Origin: a virus
Lineage: Duplodnaviria; Caudoviricetes
Direction: 5' to 3' (one strand)
DNA length: 38,967 bases
Virus record (IMG/VR): IMGVR_UViG_3300032303_000677
Span: 1 to 38,967 of that record
In this document: positions 9,906-21,800 of the stretch, piece by piece
Numbering within the stretch: the first letter of the stretch is position 1
Layout of the letters: each line of letters begins with the position of its first letter
Translations under genes and position numbers: made by a program
Notes under the pieces: model-generated
Told to the model about the DNA's origin: nothing
Database searches by the model: none
Seen by the model: the letters and a program-made list of their open reading frames with translations, nothing else

Positions 9906-11192
9906 ATGGGATTATTTACTTCCACCAGTTTGAATCAAACGCCTGATACTTCCACACAGGGAACTGTTACCCCGTACGCACAACCGTACGTTTCAAATCT
10001 TTTAGACAAGAGTCAAGCGTTACTCAATGCGCCAACTCCCGCTTATACAGGGCAGTTGACGGCTGGTTACGCTCCATTGCAAGAGCAAGCATGGCAAGGA
10101 CTGAGCAATTTAACTCTTCCCGCATCGCTGCAAAATGCTGGAGCCAATTTAAACGAGATTAGTCAAAAACAACAGGCGCTGACTTACGACCCAAATACGA
10201 TTACAGCAAACCAATTTGACGCTACTCAGGCTCAGAAGTACATGAATCCGTACATTCAAGCCTCTTTAGACCCACAATTGGCGGCTCTTCAGCGCCAGCA
10301 AGCCATCAATCAACAGGCTGACTTGGCTAAATTGACACAGGCTGGAGCATTTGGCGGTTCACGTCAGGCTATTTTGCAAGCCCAAAACAATGAAAACTTG
10401 TTGCGTCAACAGGGTCAATTGATTGGTTCTGGTTACAACCAAGCCTATCAAAATGCGGCTACTCAGTTTAACGCTGATGCGGCACGTGACTTACAGGCTC
10501 AACAACTTAACCAAGCGGCAAAACAATTTGGCGCTACCTATGGTTTGCAAGGATTGCAAGCGGCTACTCAGGCTCAGACTGCGGCTGCAAATGCTGGCGC
10601 TCAAGGCGCTCAATATGGTTTGGCAAATCTGCAAGCATTGAATACTGCTGGCGGTCAACAACAAGCGCTTGACCAACAGGCGCTCAATGCTCAATACAAC
10701 GAGTACTTGCGCCAGTTGAAGTTCCCGCAAGAGATGATTGCAATGAACAGAAACGTATTGGCTGGTCTTCCAATGACCACAACCAATACCTACTCTGCCG
10801 CCAAGAGTATTGCTCAACAGTTGGCTGGAGGCGTGTCTGGTGCTGCGGGTGTTATGAAAGACCTTAAATCTATGGGCTACACCCCTGACAAAATTGCGGC
10901 TTATGTTAAGAGCATGTTTACAGACTCTAAAGGTAATCCGACTCTTACTGACGAACAAATCAAACAAGAGATTGATAGGGTTACCGCTGAGAGCGAGGCT
11001 CAAAGAGCGCCTCCAGCAGACGCTCGAGACAATGGCGATGGAACGTTTACACGCTCTAGTGACGGCATTCTTGAGACCTACGACAACAAAGGCAATTTAA
11101 TTGGCGCAGAGCGTGACCCATCAACGATTAGCGATTATGTTAATCCAGAACCTCCCCCGCCACCAGAAGATTTAAGTAATTTTGAAGGCTAA
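9906..11192 (+). CDS. DNA pilot / ejection protein
   Basis: MGLFTS start; Gln/Ala-rich helices; YMNPY and AGAFGGSR motifs typical of podophage pilot proteins. Confidence 0.7.
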   Translation: MGLFTSTSLNQTPDTSTQGTVTPYAQPYVSNLLDKSQALLNAPTPAYTGQLTAGYAPLQEQAWQGLSNLTLPASLQNAGANLNEISQKQQALTYDPNTITANQFDATQAQKYMNPYIQASLDPQLAALQRQQAINQQADLAKLTQAGAFGGSRQAILQAQNNENLLRQQGQLIGSGYNQAYQNAATQFNADAARDLQAQQLNQAAKQFGATYGLQGLQAATQAQTAAANAGAQGAQYGLANLQALNTAGGQQQALDQQALNAQYNEYLRQLKFPQEMIAMNRNVLAGLPMTTTNTYSAAKSIAQQLAGGVSGAAGVMKDLKSMGYTPDKIAAYVKSMFTDSKGNPTLTDEQIKQEIDRVTAESEAQRAPPADARDNGDGTFTRSSDGILETYDNKGNLIGAERDPSTISDYVNPEPPPPPEDLSNFEG

Positions 11193-11194
11193 TT

Positions 11195-12892
11195 ATGTTC
11201 AATCTAATTGAAACACAACAAGCATTAAAGGGTTTGCCATTACCTGACGTAATGAAGTATGCCAACGGGAACAACCCAGAGGTTCCTTCATACTTGGCGT
11301 TGTCTGAACTTCAACGCAGAAAGCAATTGGAAGATACCCAATCGGCTTTTGTCGGTCAGCAACCTACCGTTAAAGAACAAATTGAAAGTGGCTTGACTGC
11401 ATTGCCACAGGGTCAAGTCAATCCTACGGCAGAACCTACTGGTATGGTTAACCCAACCGCTATGCCGCCTCAATTGGCTCCTAGTCCCGTTGCTCCTAAC
11501 AAATCAATGATGACTGCCGCTCCCGCTGGAGTGCAACCCAATGCTGCACCTCTTGTTCCAAGAATGGCAGAAGGCGGTCTATCCAATTTGCCTTTACCGC
11601 ACATGTTTCGTCAGACTTCATATGCTGACGGTGGCATTGTCCACTTTGACGGCGGTGGCATGGGTTCTGACGGCATTCCAGACCAAAGTGATGTGGGCAA
11701 CAAATCTCCCGGTTATGGTTTAACTGTTGGCAATTTTTGGGACGTACTTAGTGCACTTGGTGGAGAAACTGAGTGGCAAAAGGCTGAACGGTTTAAACGC
11801 AACAAGATTCAATACGAGCCACCACAAGGTTTTGACAAAGAAGGCTTGCCAATTAAGAAGACTCCTGCGCCAACCCCTGCATCAGCCCCTGTGGTTGAGC
11901 AAAAGGTTGAACCCACCAAAGTTCCAGCAGACCCCAATAAACAAGCATCCAATACATCTTCAGCACAATTGAAGAAAGAACCTGCCGCTCCAGCAGTTCC
12001 TGCCGCTCCAGCAGTTCCTATGCTGAACCCAGACCAGTTTAAAGCGCCAGCAGAATTGTCTGATGCACAATTGCTTGAACGTAGAAAATCCTTGGAAAAA
12101 TTGGCTGGTGTTTCACAAGACCCAATGGCTGACATCAAACAACGCTACGCCAAGTTGGAAGGGAAACGTGCGGCTCAAGAAGCCGAAGACCCTTCAGACC
12201 GTTTGATTGCACGTCTTGCCGCTTTCTCAGGAGCCAAGGCTACCGAAGGTTTGGGCGCTCAATTAGGCGAAAGCGCTATTGCTGGCGCTAAGATGCAAAA
12301 AGAACAAGAGGCTTTGCGTGATAAACAGGCTACCGAGATGAACGCCTTGCAAATGAATATTGCCAAGGAAGAAGATGCTCGTAAGCGTGGTGACGTAAGT
12401 GCCGTTGAATCTGCACGTGCCGCTCAAGAAAAGACCAAGCAAGATTTGTTGAAGTTGGGTATTGACGCAAGCAATGCGACTGCCAACCAAATCAATGCAG
12501 CCGCTAACACTTTGTCATCTCAGGCTCAGATGCTCCGTGCTCGTCACGAAGCCTCTACTAGCAAGACTCCTGCTGAGATTCAGATGATTGAGCGGGTAAT
12601 GAAAGAGAAGGGCGTTGGGTTTGTTGAAGCCGCTAATATGCTCCAAGGCATCAAGGGTACTAACGCCCTTCTTAAAGATGCTCAATCCAAATGGGACTCC
12701 AGTATGGCGTTGCGTATGGAATGGGAGAAGAAAGGCGGTTATCCTGCATACTTGGCAAGTCAAGGTATCACAATGCCCGGTGGCGGCGGCAATCAAACCC
12801 CTTCCGCTGGCGCTCCAAAAGAAGGAGACAAGGCAACATCTAACTCTGGCAAGCCAATCATATTTAAGAACGGGAAATGGGAGTACCAGTAA
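11195..12892 (+). CDS. Internal virion / ejection protein
   Basis: Pro-rich and coiled-coil protein with MAEGG/YADGG motifs; C-terminal IIFKNGKWEY; lies between the pilot gene and the giant gene. Confidence 0.6.
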   Translation: MFNLIETQQALKGLPLPDVMKYANGNNPEVPSYLALSELQRRKQLEDTQSAFVGQQPTVKEQIESGLTALPQGQVNPTAEPTGMVNPTAMPPQLAPSPVAPNKSMMTAAPAGVQPNAAPLVPRMAEGGLSNLPLPHMFRQTSYADGGIVHFDGGGMGSDGIPDQSDVGNKSPGYGLTVGNFWDVLSALGGETEWQKAERFKRNKIQYEPPQGFDKEGLPIKKTPAPTPASAPVVEQKVEPTKVPADPNKQASNTSSAQLKKEPAAPAVPAAPAVPMLNPDQFKAPAELSDAQLLERRKSLEKLAGVSQDPMADIKQRYAKLEGKRAAQEAEDPSDRLIARLAAFSGAKATEGLGAQLGESAIAGAKMQKEQEALRDKQATEMNALQMNIAKEEDARKRGDVSAVESARAAQEKTKQDLLKLGIDASNATANQINAAANTLSSQAQMLRARHEASTSKTPAEIQMIERVMKEKGVGFVEAANMLQGIKGTNALLKDAQSKWDSSMALRMEWEKKGGYPAYLASQGITMPGGGGNQTPSAGAPKEGDKATSNSGKPIIFKNGKWEYQ

Positions 12893-15800
12893 ATGGCAGG
12901 ATTAGTCCCTCAAGAGGACTTGCCGAGGAGTCTGTCGGGTAACGTAGTTCCTGATTCAGACCTTCCTTCTTTTGGCTCGTCTAAACCTAGCGTTCGTCCC
13001 GAAGATGTTGGGATTGGCACTGGAACGGTAGAAGCGTTTAAACGTGGTCTAGAGTCGTTTGGCGACATCTACCAAGGGTACAAACTTGCAGGGGCAAAAA
13101 TTGCAGGAACTGATGAGGAGGCTGCTCGTCAAATGGCGGCTATCAAAGCCGAGCAAGCCAAGCCAGTTGAAAAGCCAGCATTAAGGTTTGCCGATTTAGA
13201 GCGCATCTATAAAGAACAAGGTTTGGGTTCAGCACTTAAAGAAGTTCCCAAGTACATTGCTGAATCTGCCGCTGAATCTGCCCCACAGATGGCAGTACCG
13301 CTTGCCGCTGGAGCCGCTGCTGGTGCGGTTTCTGGTCCGTTTGCACCGATTGTTGCGCCCGTTGTAGGTATTGGTGCGTATGGACTCCAGCAGTTTGGTA
13401 GTTTGATGGGTCGCCAAGCACAAGAGAAAGAGAATCCCCAAGAACTGAGCGTTGGTAAAGCCGCTACTGCCGCCGCAATTCAAGCGCCTATTGGTTACTT
13501 TGCTGACCGATTCACCCTTGGTATTGGTGGATTGGGAGAAAAGGGCGTTCTAGAAGTTGGAAAAGAATTAGCCAAACGTAAAGCCGCAGGAGAAATTACT
13601 GCCGTTGGCGTGACCACAGGAATCGCTAAACAGGCTGGCAAGGGTGCAACCGTGGGCTTTATTGCAGAAGCCCCCACAGAAGCCTTAGAGCAAGTCCTAG
13701 AGCGTTGGCAAGCGGGATTAGACCTAGCATCGCCTGACGCATACAACGAGTACAAAGAGGCGTTCTTTGGCGCTGGTGGCGTTGGCTTGGTTGGTGGTGC
13801 GGCAAGTCGTGGTCGTACCGCATACAAGGGTTTTACTACCCCCGAAGAGATTACCAATGTTGCTCCTCCCGCCGCCAAAAAAGAGCAGGGTCAGTTGCTA
13901 CTGCCAGCCCCTGACGAAATCATCCTCAATGAAAAAGAGTACGACCCGCTGAAGAACCCATTGGGTAACTTCACTTGGCAAGACTTGACCAAAGAGCAAC
14001 GGGACTACATTAACAAAGACAGAAAAGATAACGGCAAGCCTCGTTTAAACACCTACTCTTTGGAAGATGTGGTCGATGCTATTCGCCACACCGAGAACAC
14101 GCCCGAAGCACAAGAAGGCGCAATCAACACTCTTCTTCAGAGCAAGACCAACTATGACGCAGTAAACAATGAGCCTATATCTGTTGACGATGTGCTAAGA
14201 AAGGCTGACCTACATGGTGTGGACACCACAACCAGAGGTTGGAATGACTATTTAAATAGGGTTACTGGTTCAGAAGATATTTCCGCTTTGAGCCAGCCGC
14301 AACTGTACTCAGCGTTTAAAGCGCTTGATGAGTTGCCCGTCAACCCAGCCGAACGAATTATTCTTCCCGAAGGAACAAACGCAGTACGTTTTAATGAAAC
14401 GCAGTACGCAAAAGCCTTGAAGGGGCTTGAGTTTGATTTTGGGGAGTTTGGTGCTAACTCTCTTTCTAGAACTAGTGTCATTCAATCTTTGAAGGACTAC
14501 TCTGGTCTACAGCGTGACGCAGACGCAGAGGCTTTGTACAAACAAGCCCTCAAACGTGGGGACTTGGAAGAGAACATGGTGGAAAGAAAGACTACCGAGG
14601 GGGTGAAGTACCCCGTGGAAGTTTCTTTTGCTGGTAAATCTGAAGCGCTTCCCGGTGGTTTTGACATTCGTGAACAAGCGTTTAAACAAGGAGCGGAGCC
14701 TGAAGCGTACGAAATTCGCAATGGTGCTGCGTTCATCAAGCGTGTAAACACGGCAGACGAAGCCCAGAAAGAAACTGAAAAGCAAACCAAGATTAACGAA
14801 AAGTTGGCTCAACAAGAGCAAAAGAAGATTGACCAACTGCTCAAGAACATTGCCAATCGGGATTCCCAATTAGACGTTCAACGTGCCAAAGGTTTTGCAA
14901 GTACCTTGGGATTCAAGAAGTTACAGGCGTACCTTGATTCTCTTAATAAGATTGACCAGCAATCTATTGATGTCCACACCAATGACATCAAAAACCTGAC
15001 CAATCCATTACAGATTGTCCCCATCGGGGAGAAGCCTGTGGTCAAGCGCAAGCAAGTTTTCTACAAAGAAGGCAAGCCTACCGCCTCGTTTGAGAAAAGG
15101 GTTGAGGCTGAAGCCTATGGCATTCTCAATCTTGACGATGCTACTTTGGAGCAGATTGTTGCATCCGCTCCCACGACCAAAGGTACTTTGCCCAAGCGCT
15201 ATGCGGCTATGGCGAAGAAAGAACTGGAAAGACGTAGGTCTGACCAAAAGGGCATTGAAGTTCGCAGAAGTATTTACAATCCCGAAGTTGATGAGGCTTT
15301 AGAAAAACTGCGTCAGACCCTTTTGCCGCAACTCAAGAAGTTTGGGTTGGAGAAGGTTGGCTTGCGTATTGTCAACAGTATTGCTAACGGACAAGCGGAT
15401 GGCACATACCTCAAGAGCATCATCACCATAGCCCTTGATTCCAAAGACCCTATGGGTGTTTTGCGCCATGAGTCCATCCACGCCCTTAAAGAACTTGGGG
15501 CTTTCACTCCGCAAGAATGGAAGGTTTTGGAAAACAAGGCGAAGGGCGAGTGGGTTCAAAAGTACATCAAAGATGCTGGCTTGTACAAAGCCTACCAAGA
15601 GGCTTATAAAGCCGAAAACGGCAACCTAAATGGCTTTGATGAGTACGTTCAAGAGGAAGCCATTGCCGAAGCGTTTAAAGACTTTGCCAACAACAAACCG
15701 CCAGCCGGATTGATTGGCAACATCTTCTATCGACTCGGAGAAATGTTCCGAGCCATCTCTAACTCATTTAAACGCCTTGGCTTCACCAGCGCAGACCAGA

Positions 15801-18800
15801 TTTTCCAAAAAATTGAAACGGGTGGGATGCAGATTGATGAGCGCCTCTTGGACTTCCAACCTATGGTTGTTCGAGGCGAAATTGATTCCAAAGGTCAACG
15901 CTATGCTCTGTTGCAACACGCATCTCAAAGGGATTTTGACAAATTATCGGAGAGCAACCTAAAGGCATTTGCCTATGGTTATGGTGCGTACGCAAGCGTC
16001 ACGCCTGACCTTAAAAAGAAAAAGATTGCCAATAAGGATGTGACGGACACATCAAAGTTTTACGCTCGTCCTATTTCTTACGCAGACAAAGAAGGCGGGA
16101 AGGGCTATCTGTATCTTGCAGACTTTCCGCTGACCAAAGACAACTCAATCTTCTTGTACGAACCCCCTGAGTCTCAACCTGAGATTACCGAAAAGTTGGT
16201 AAAGGCTGGCATCCTTGAACAAGATGACAAGTATGGTGGCTATCGCACTACGAAAGCGTATGGTGGCGAGCATGTTTACAACATGTACAACATGATTGAT
16301 AAGATGGGCGAAGCATACGCTCAAGATATGCTTCAATCAGGTTATCCAATGACTGGGCTGATGAAAGAGAATAAGCCAAGTGCTGCCAGTTTTTATGATG
16401 AGTTTGGCATCAAGGAGCGCATTGCCCGTCAGTTGGCTGACTTGGGAATTGATGTGTCTTTGACACAGGCTAACGATGACACCTATGCCATTGTTCACAA
16501 ACCTGAAAAATTCAATAAGGCGCTTGTTGGCAAGTACACCCTAGGTAGCAATGGAAATCTTGTAACCGTTTCTGGCAGACCCGTTGACACATCTTTGTTG
16601 ACGATGGTTCGTGAGGCGTTTAAAACATTCAAGAAGGAAGAGCAAAAGGCTGGAATTAAGCCTGAAGATTTGCCATCTCGTTCAAGTGGCGAGCGTTTCT
16701 CCTTTAAGCGTGAGCCTGACTTGCAGGGCGCAAAGATGTCCATTACCCCACGCAAGATTGGTGACCGCATCGTTGGTTCTCCTCCTGATGCCAAGACCGA
16801 AGAAGATAGAAAAGAACTTGTCGAGCGTATGGTCAAACTCCTTGAGCATCCATACTCCATGTATGACCGCTCCAAGGATTGGTACGAGCGTAGCGGTGCA
16901 ACCATTCGTGAGATTGCCCGTGATGACCCCGCTCTCATGGAGCAAGTTGTTCGTTTGACCGCCTTGTATTCCCAAGCCAATAGTCTTGGTGGAAACATTA
17001 CTGCCGTTATCAAGTCGGTGGCACAGATTGCTCGTGGCGAGAAAGAAATCCTTGCTGGTCGTTTCCCTGAGACAACCGCCAAGGTTATCCCCGCTATCCT
17101 TGCCGCCCCAACAATGGACACCTCACTCAAAGGCGTTGACGATAAGTTGATGAACTTCTATCGCAACTTGCACGATGCCACGTTTGAGACCGACACCTTC
17201 CAAGACTCTTCCACGATTGACCGTTGGATGATGCGTCTGTTCGGTTACCCGCATACCGATGACCAAGATGTCGGTGGTGCAAACTCTGTTTCTACTACTC
17301 AATACATATACGCCAAGGATTTGGTTGAGCGTATTACTGACGCACAATCTAAGAAGACAGGCGAAGACCTCAAGCCTCGTCAGATTCAAGCCGCTCTTTG
17401 GACTTACATTAAGAACCAAAGCGAGTATCAGAAAGCCGTTGAGAAAGCCAAAGACTTGGCTATCAAGAATGGCGAAGTGTTTAATGAGTCATCCGTTGAC
17501 TTCACGCCCGATACGCTTGACTTCTCCGACTACGTGAAACGGGCTACTGCTCACATCACATGGGAAAGCCGCCCTTCTACTTCAATCCCTATGATTGAGG
17601 GAATCCATACCGCCCCACGTGAAGAGCAAGAGGCGTTTAATCGGGCAGTTCGCAACATGCTTACTGATGCCAATGGTGAGGACAAGATATTTAAACTGCT
17701 TGGCGATGAGCAGTTGTACTCAAGTCAGTTGTCTATTGGTGGCTATGAAAACAAGATTGCTCCCAACATCATCACCAAGGTTGTCTTGCAAAAGGATGAG
17801 ACAGGACACCTTGTTCAAGTGGCTAGGGACTACGCCTCCATCATCGGATTTATCACTCGACAAGATGCTGTGCCTTGGTATCGTCCTGACCCAACCGCCT
17901 CTGGCAAGTTGGCAAGTAAGGGCTACAAGGTTTCGCTCAATGTTCCCGTAACGCAGGAACTTGAAGAGAAACTGTTTAAACATCTTGATGAGGCAATTCC
18001 CGGCATTGGTTTTACCAAGGTCGATGACACGTTCGACTTTATTAACTATCGTGGAGCCGATGGAAAGCCTTACATGATGTCCGACAAGAGGTACATCGAT
18101 GCATTACAAAATGCTTTGCAAACGTTCTCATCAGATGTAAACTTTAATATTGATGAGTTTAGAGCGCAGAGCGAATACCTAGACAACGACTGGAAGGAAA
18201 ATACAAATGGCGAAGGTCACCTTGCGAGGATTAGTCCCGAACGACTCCCCAATATACGAGCAACCATTGACAATTGGCGCAATCAATATGACGAACTTGC
18301 CAAGCAATTTGGAGAAGAGTTCGGATGGACGAGGGAAACTACTAAACCTGACCAACCTACCATTCGACCCAGCGAAGGTAGCGGGGGAGGCATCACTCTC
18401 GGAACGCAACAAGAAGGCGCAATAACTGTTGAGGGTGTTCACTATGGCGCAGTCAAGACAGATGAATTAGACGCATCCAAGTTTGGTACTGGATTGCGTG
18501 GCGCTGAACGTAGGCGCTTAGAAGATGCATATGATGACCGCATCAAGAAACGCATTTACTTCTACATCCCCAAAGAAACTGGCGAAATGCCAGCCCGTGA
18601 ATCTGGAGTAGGTTCAAACGTTTACACGCAGAAGTTCAACAACATCCTTGGTCAAGGCAAAGAGATGAGCCGTCTGTACTCAGAGGCTATGGGCGATGCC
18701 AATAACTTTGAGTCGGCAATCATTGACGCTGGCTACGATGGCTATGCCGTTCCAAGTATGGGCATGATGGTTGTGCTCAACCACAACGTGCCTGTTAACT

Positions 18801-21800
18801 ACGAAGGCACAGTTGCTGAACTTACAGAATCGGGCAGACTCAAAGAAGGCAAGGTCAGCCCGAAGATGAAAATTCGTGCGCCAGAAACAACTGCGTTTAA
18901 ACGCTGGTTTGGCGACAGCAAAATAGTCAACGAAGACGGAACACCCAAGGTCATGTACCACGGGACTGCCCAAGACATTACCGAGTTCAAGCCTAAACAG
19001 GCTGGCGCTATATTTGTAACCGAAAGCGCTCGCTTTGCAGACAACTTTACAAGTTCAAGTGAAAACTACATGCGTAAAGAGTTGTGGAATTCATCAAGCC
19101 ATGACAAGCACATTGAGTGGATTACAAAAGCCGCAAATCAAGCCAAGCAAGACAAATACATAACGCCCAAAGATGCGTCACGGATTATTTCGGAATGGAA
19201 ACAATTAGATGGGACTTATGGTCTCATCCCTTCCCAAATTGAAACGCAAGTTTTGGATGTCTTGAACGACCAATTGCCATCTAAGGGAAACATTATTCCT
19301 GTCTATGTCAAGGCAGAAAATCCTTTTGATTACGAAAACCCTACACATGTCGAACAAGTTTTGGCTAAAGTCTATCCAAACTTGGACATGAAAAATTCAA
19401 GCGCAGAAGAAAGCCTACAACTTGGCAGTTGGGAACGCATTGAAAGCAAAGAGTATCAAGACGCTATTAAGTCTTTAGGGTTTGATTCTTTCTACGTCAA
19501 AGAAGGCGATGTCAAAAACTTAGCCGTCTATAGTCCAACGCAAGTTAAGTCTGCAACTGGCAATACTGGTGAGTACAACCCTGAGAACCCAGACATCCGC
19601 TACTCAATCAAGAAGCCTTTAAACATTGACCCAGCGATTACTGCCCGTATAAACGCCACGACTCCCAAGCGTGTTGAGAAAGGTTTTGTTGAGCGTCTGA
19701 TGGATGCCATCTCTCCTGACTCAATGGGTAAGATTCGTCAGGCGCTTGTCAATAAGTATGAAGGCATTGAGCGTTTGAGCAGAGCCGTGGCTGAGAAGTA
19801 CGGCAAAGACCAACTGTTGGCTGAGACCTCCGCTATTGCATCCGCTCTTCAATCTGACAGGGCGGCAGGAGTTGCATCGGCATCGTTTACCAACGGCATC
19901 CCTGTCTACAAGAATGGCTACTTCACCATAGAGCCTGACACCAAAGGTTTGATTGCCATCCTTGAGCCTTTGATGTCTTATGGTAATCCTGAGATTTTCC
20001 AAGCGTTCCAGTTCTATGCCGCTACTCGTAGGGGTAAACGCCTATTGGCTGAAGGTCGTGAGCAACTGTTTACCGCTGATGACATCAAGATGGGCAAGGA
20101 TTTGGAAGCACAGTTCCCAATGTTTAAACAAGTCTTTGATGAGTATCAGGTCTACAACAAGGGCTTGGTTGATTTGATGGTTGGGCGTGGAGTCATCTCC
20201 AAAAAAGAAGGAGAAATTTGGACTCAGAATTGGGACTACATCCCTTTCTATCGTCAGATGGATGGCGAGAAGACGGCTGGACCAAGGGTCTTCTCTTCAT
20301 TGGTTGGCGTGGCAAAGCCCAAAGAATTGCAAGGTGGCAAAAAAGAACTTGCTGACTTCATGGAAACCGTGGTGCGTAACGCTCGTGCCGCTATTGAAGC
20401 CAGCATGAAAAACGAAGCCGCTCAACGTGTGGTGCGTGACGCTACACGTATGGAATTGGCACGTGAAGTTCCGCTTGGAACAACTGGCAAAGACGTTGTT
20501 ACAGTCAAGGTGGGCGGTGTAAACAAGTACTACCAAGTTGACGACATGCTTCTGGTGGAAGCCATGAAGGGTTTAAACCTCCCTCAAATGGAATGGCTCT
20601 CTTGGCTCGCCGCTCCCGCCAATTTACTTCGCAATTTTGTAACCAAAGACCCCGGTTTTATGCTTGCCAACTTGGGTCGAGACTCATTGCAAGCGTGGAT
20701 TACATCAGGCACGGACATGAGACCTGTTGTTGACACGTTTAAACAGTTTGGCAAAACGTTAACCAACAGCAGCCCCGAAGCGCAAGCGCTGGCAATGGCT
20801 GGTCTGACAGGCTACGATTTCTCAGGCGATGTCAGGTCAACTGCCAAAGAGGTGGAGAAAGAACTCCGCAAACGTGGCGGTGCAAAGACAACTACAGAAA
20901 GAGTGCTGTCTCCGCTGACCTCATTCTGGGAGATGTTGGAGCATGGCTCACACGCATCTGATATGGCAACTCGTGCAGAGGTGTATAAACGCACCCTTGA
21001 GAGGACTGGTAGCGAAGCAGAAGCGTTCTATCAAGCGATGGAAGTCTTGAACTTCTCACGCAAAGGTAACTCAGACGTGATTCGTATCGTGTCTGCTCTT
21101 GTGCCGTTCTTCAACGCACGTGTCCAAGGCTTGGATGTTCTGTATCGTTCGGGTTGGGGCAAGTTTGCAACCGAGAATTCAGACCAAATGAAGAAGGCGT
21201 TTGCCTCTCGTGCTCTGACTTTGATGGGTCTATCGATGGCTTACTGGTTCTTGGTCTCTGACGATGAAGAGTACAAGAAACTTTCTAAAGAAGAGCGAGA
21301 CAACTACTGGATTATTCCCGCCGTTGAGATTAACGGCAAACCTTTCCGATTCCCTATCCCATTTGAATTGGGCGTGGTATTCAAGGTTCTGCCTGAGAGG
21401 GTGCTTGAGACTGCCTTTGGCAATGACACAGGCAAGGATTTGAAAGAGTCGTTTGTGCGTAACGTGACAAACACCTTGCAAATTAATCCAATCCCACAGG
21501 CGTTCTTGCCAATGGTGGAGAACGTGGTGAACTACTCGTTCTTTAGTGGTGACCCAATCGTTGGGCGTGGCATGGAAGACTTGGCTCCTCAGTACCAGTT
21601 TACACAGGGTACATCGCAGATGGCAAAAGACTTTGGTGCGGCAACTGGCATGTCACCGATGAAGGTAGAAAACTTTGTGCGTGGTTACACAGGAACGATG
21701 GGTACATATGCAGTTCAACTGCTTGATGCTATCTATCGCACCGAAGGAGACCCCGTCAAAGCCACTTCAAGATTGGAGCAACTGCCTGTTATCAAACGAT

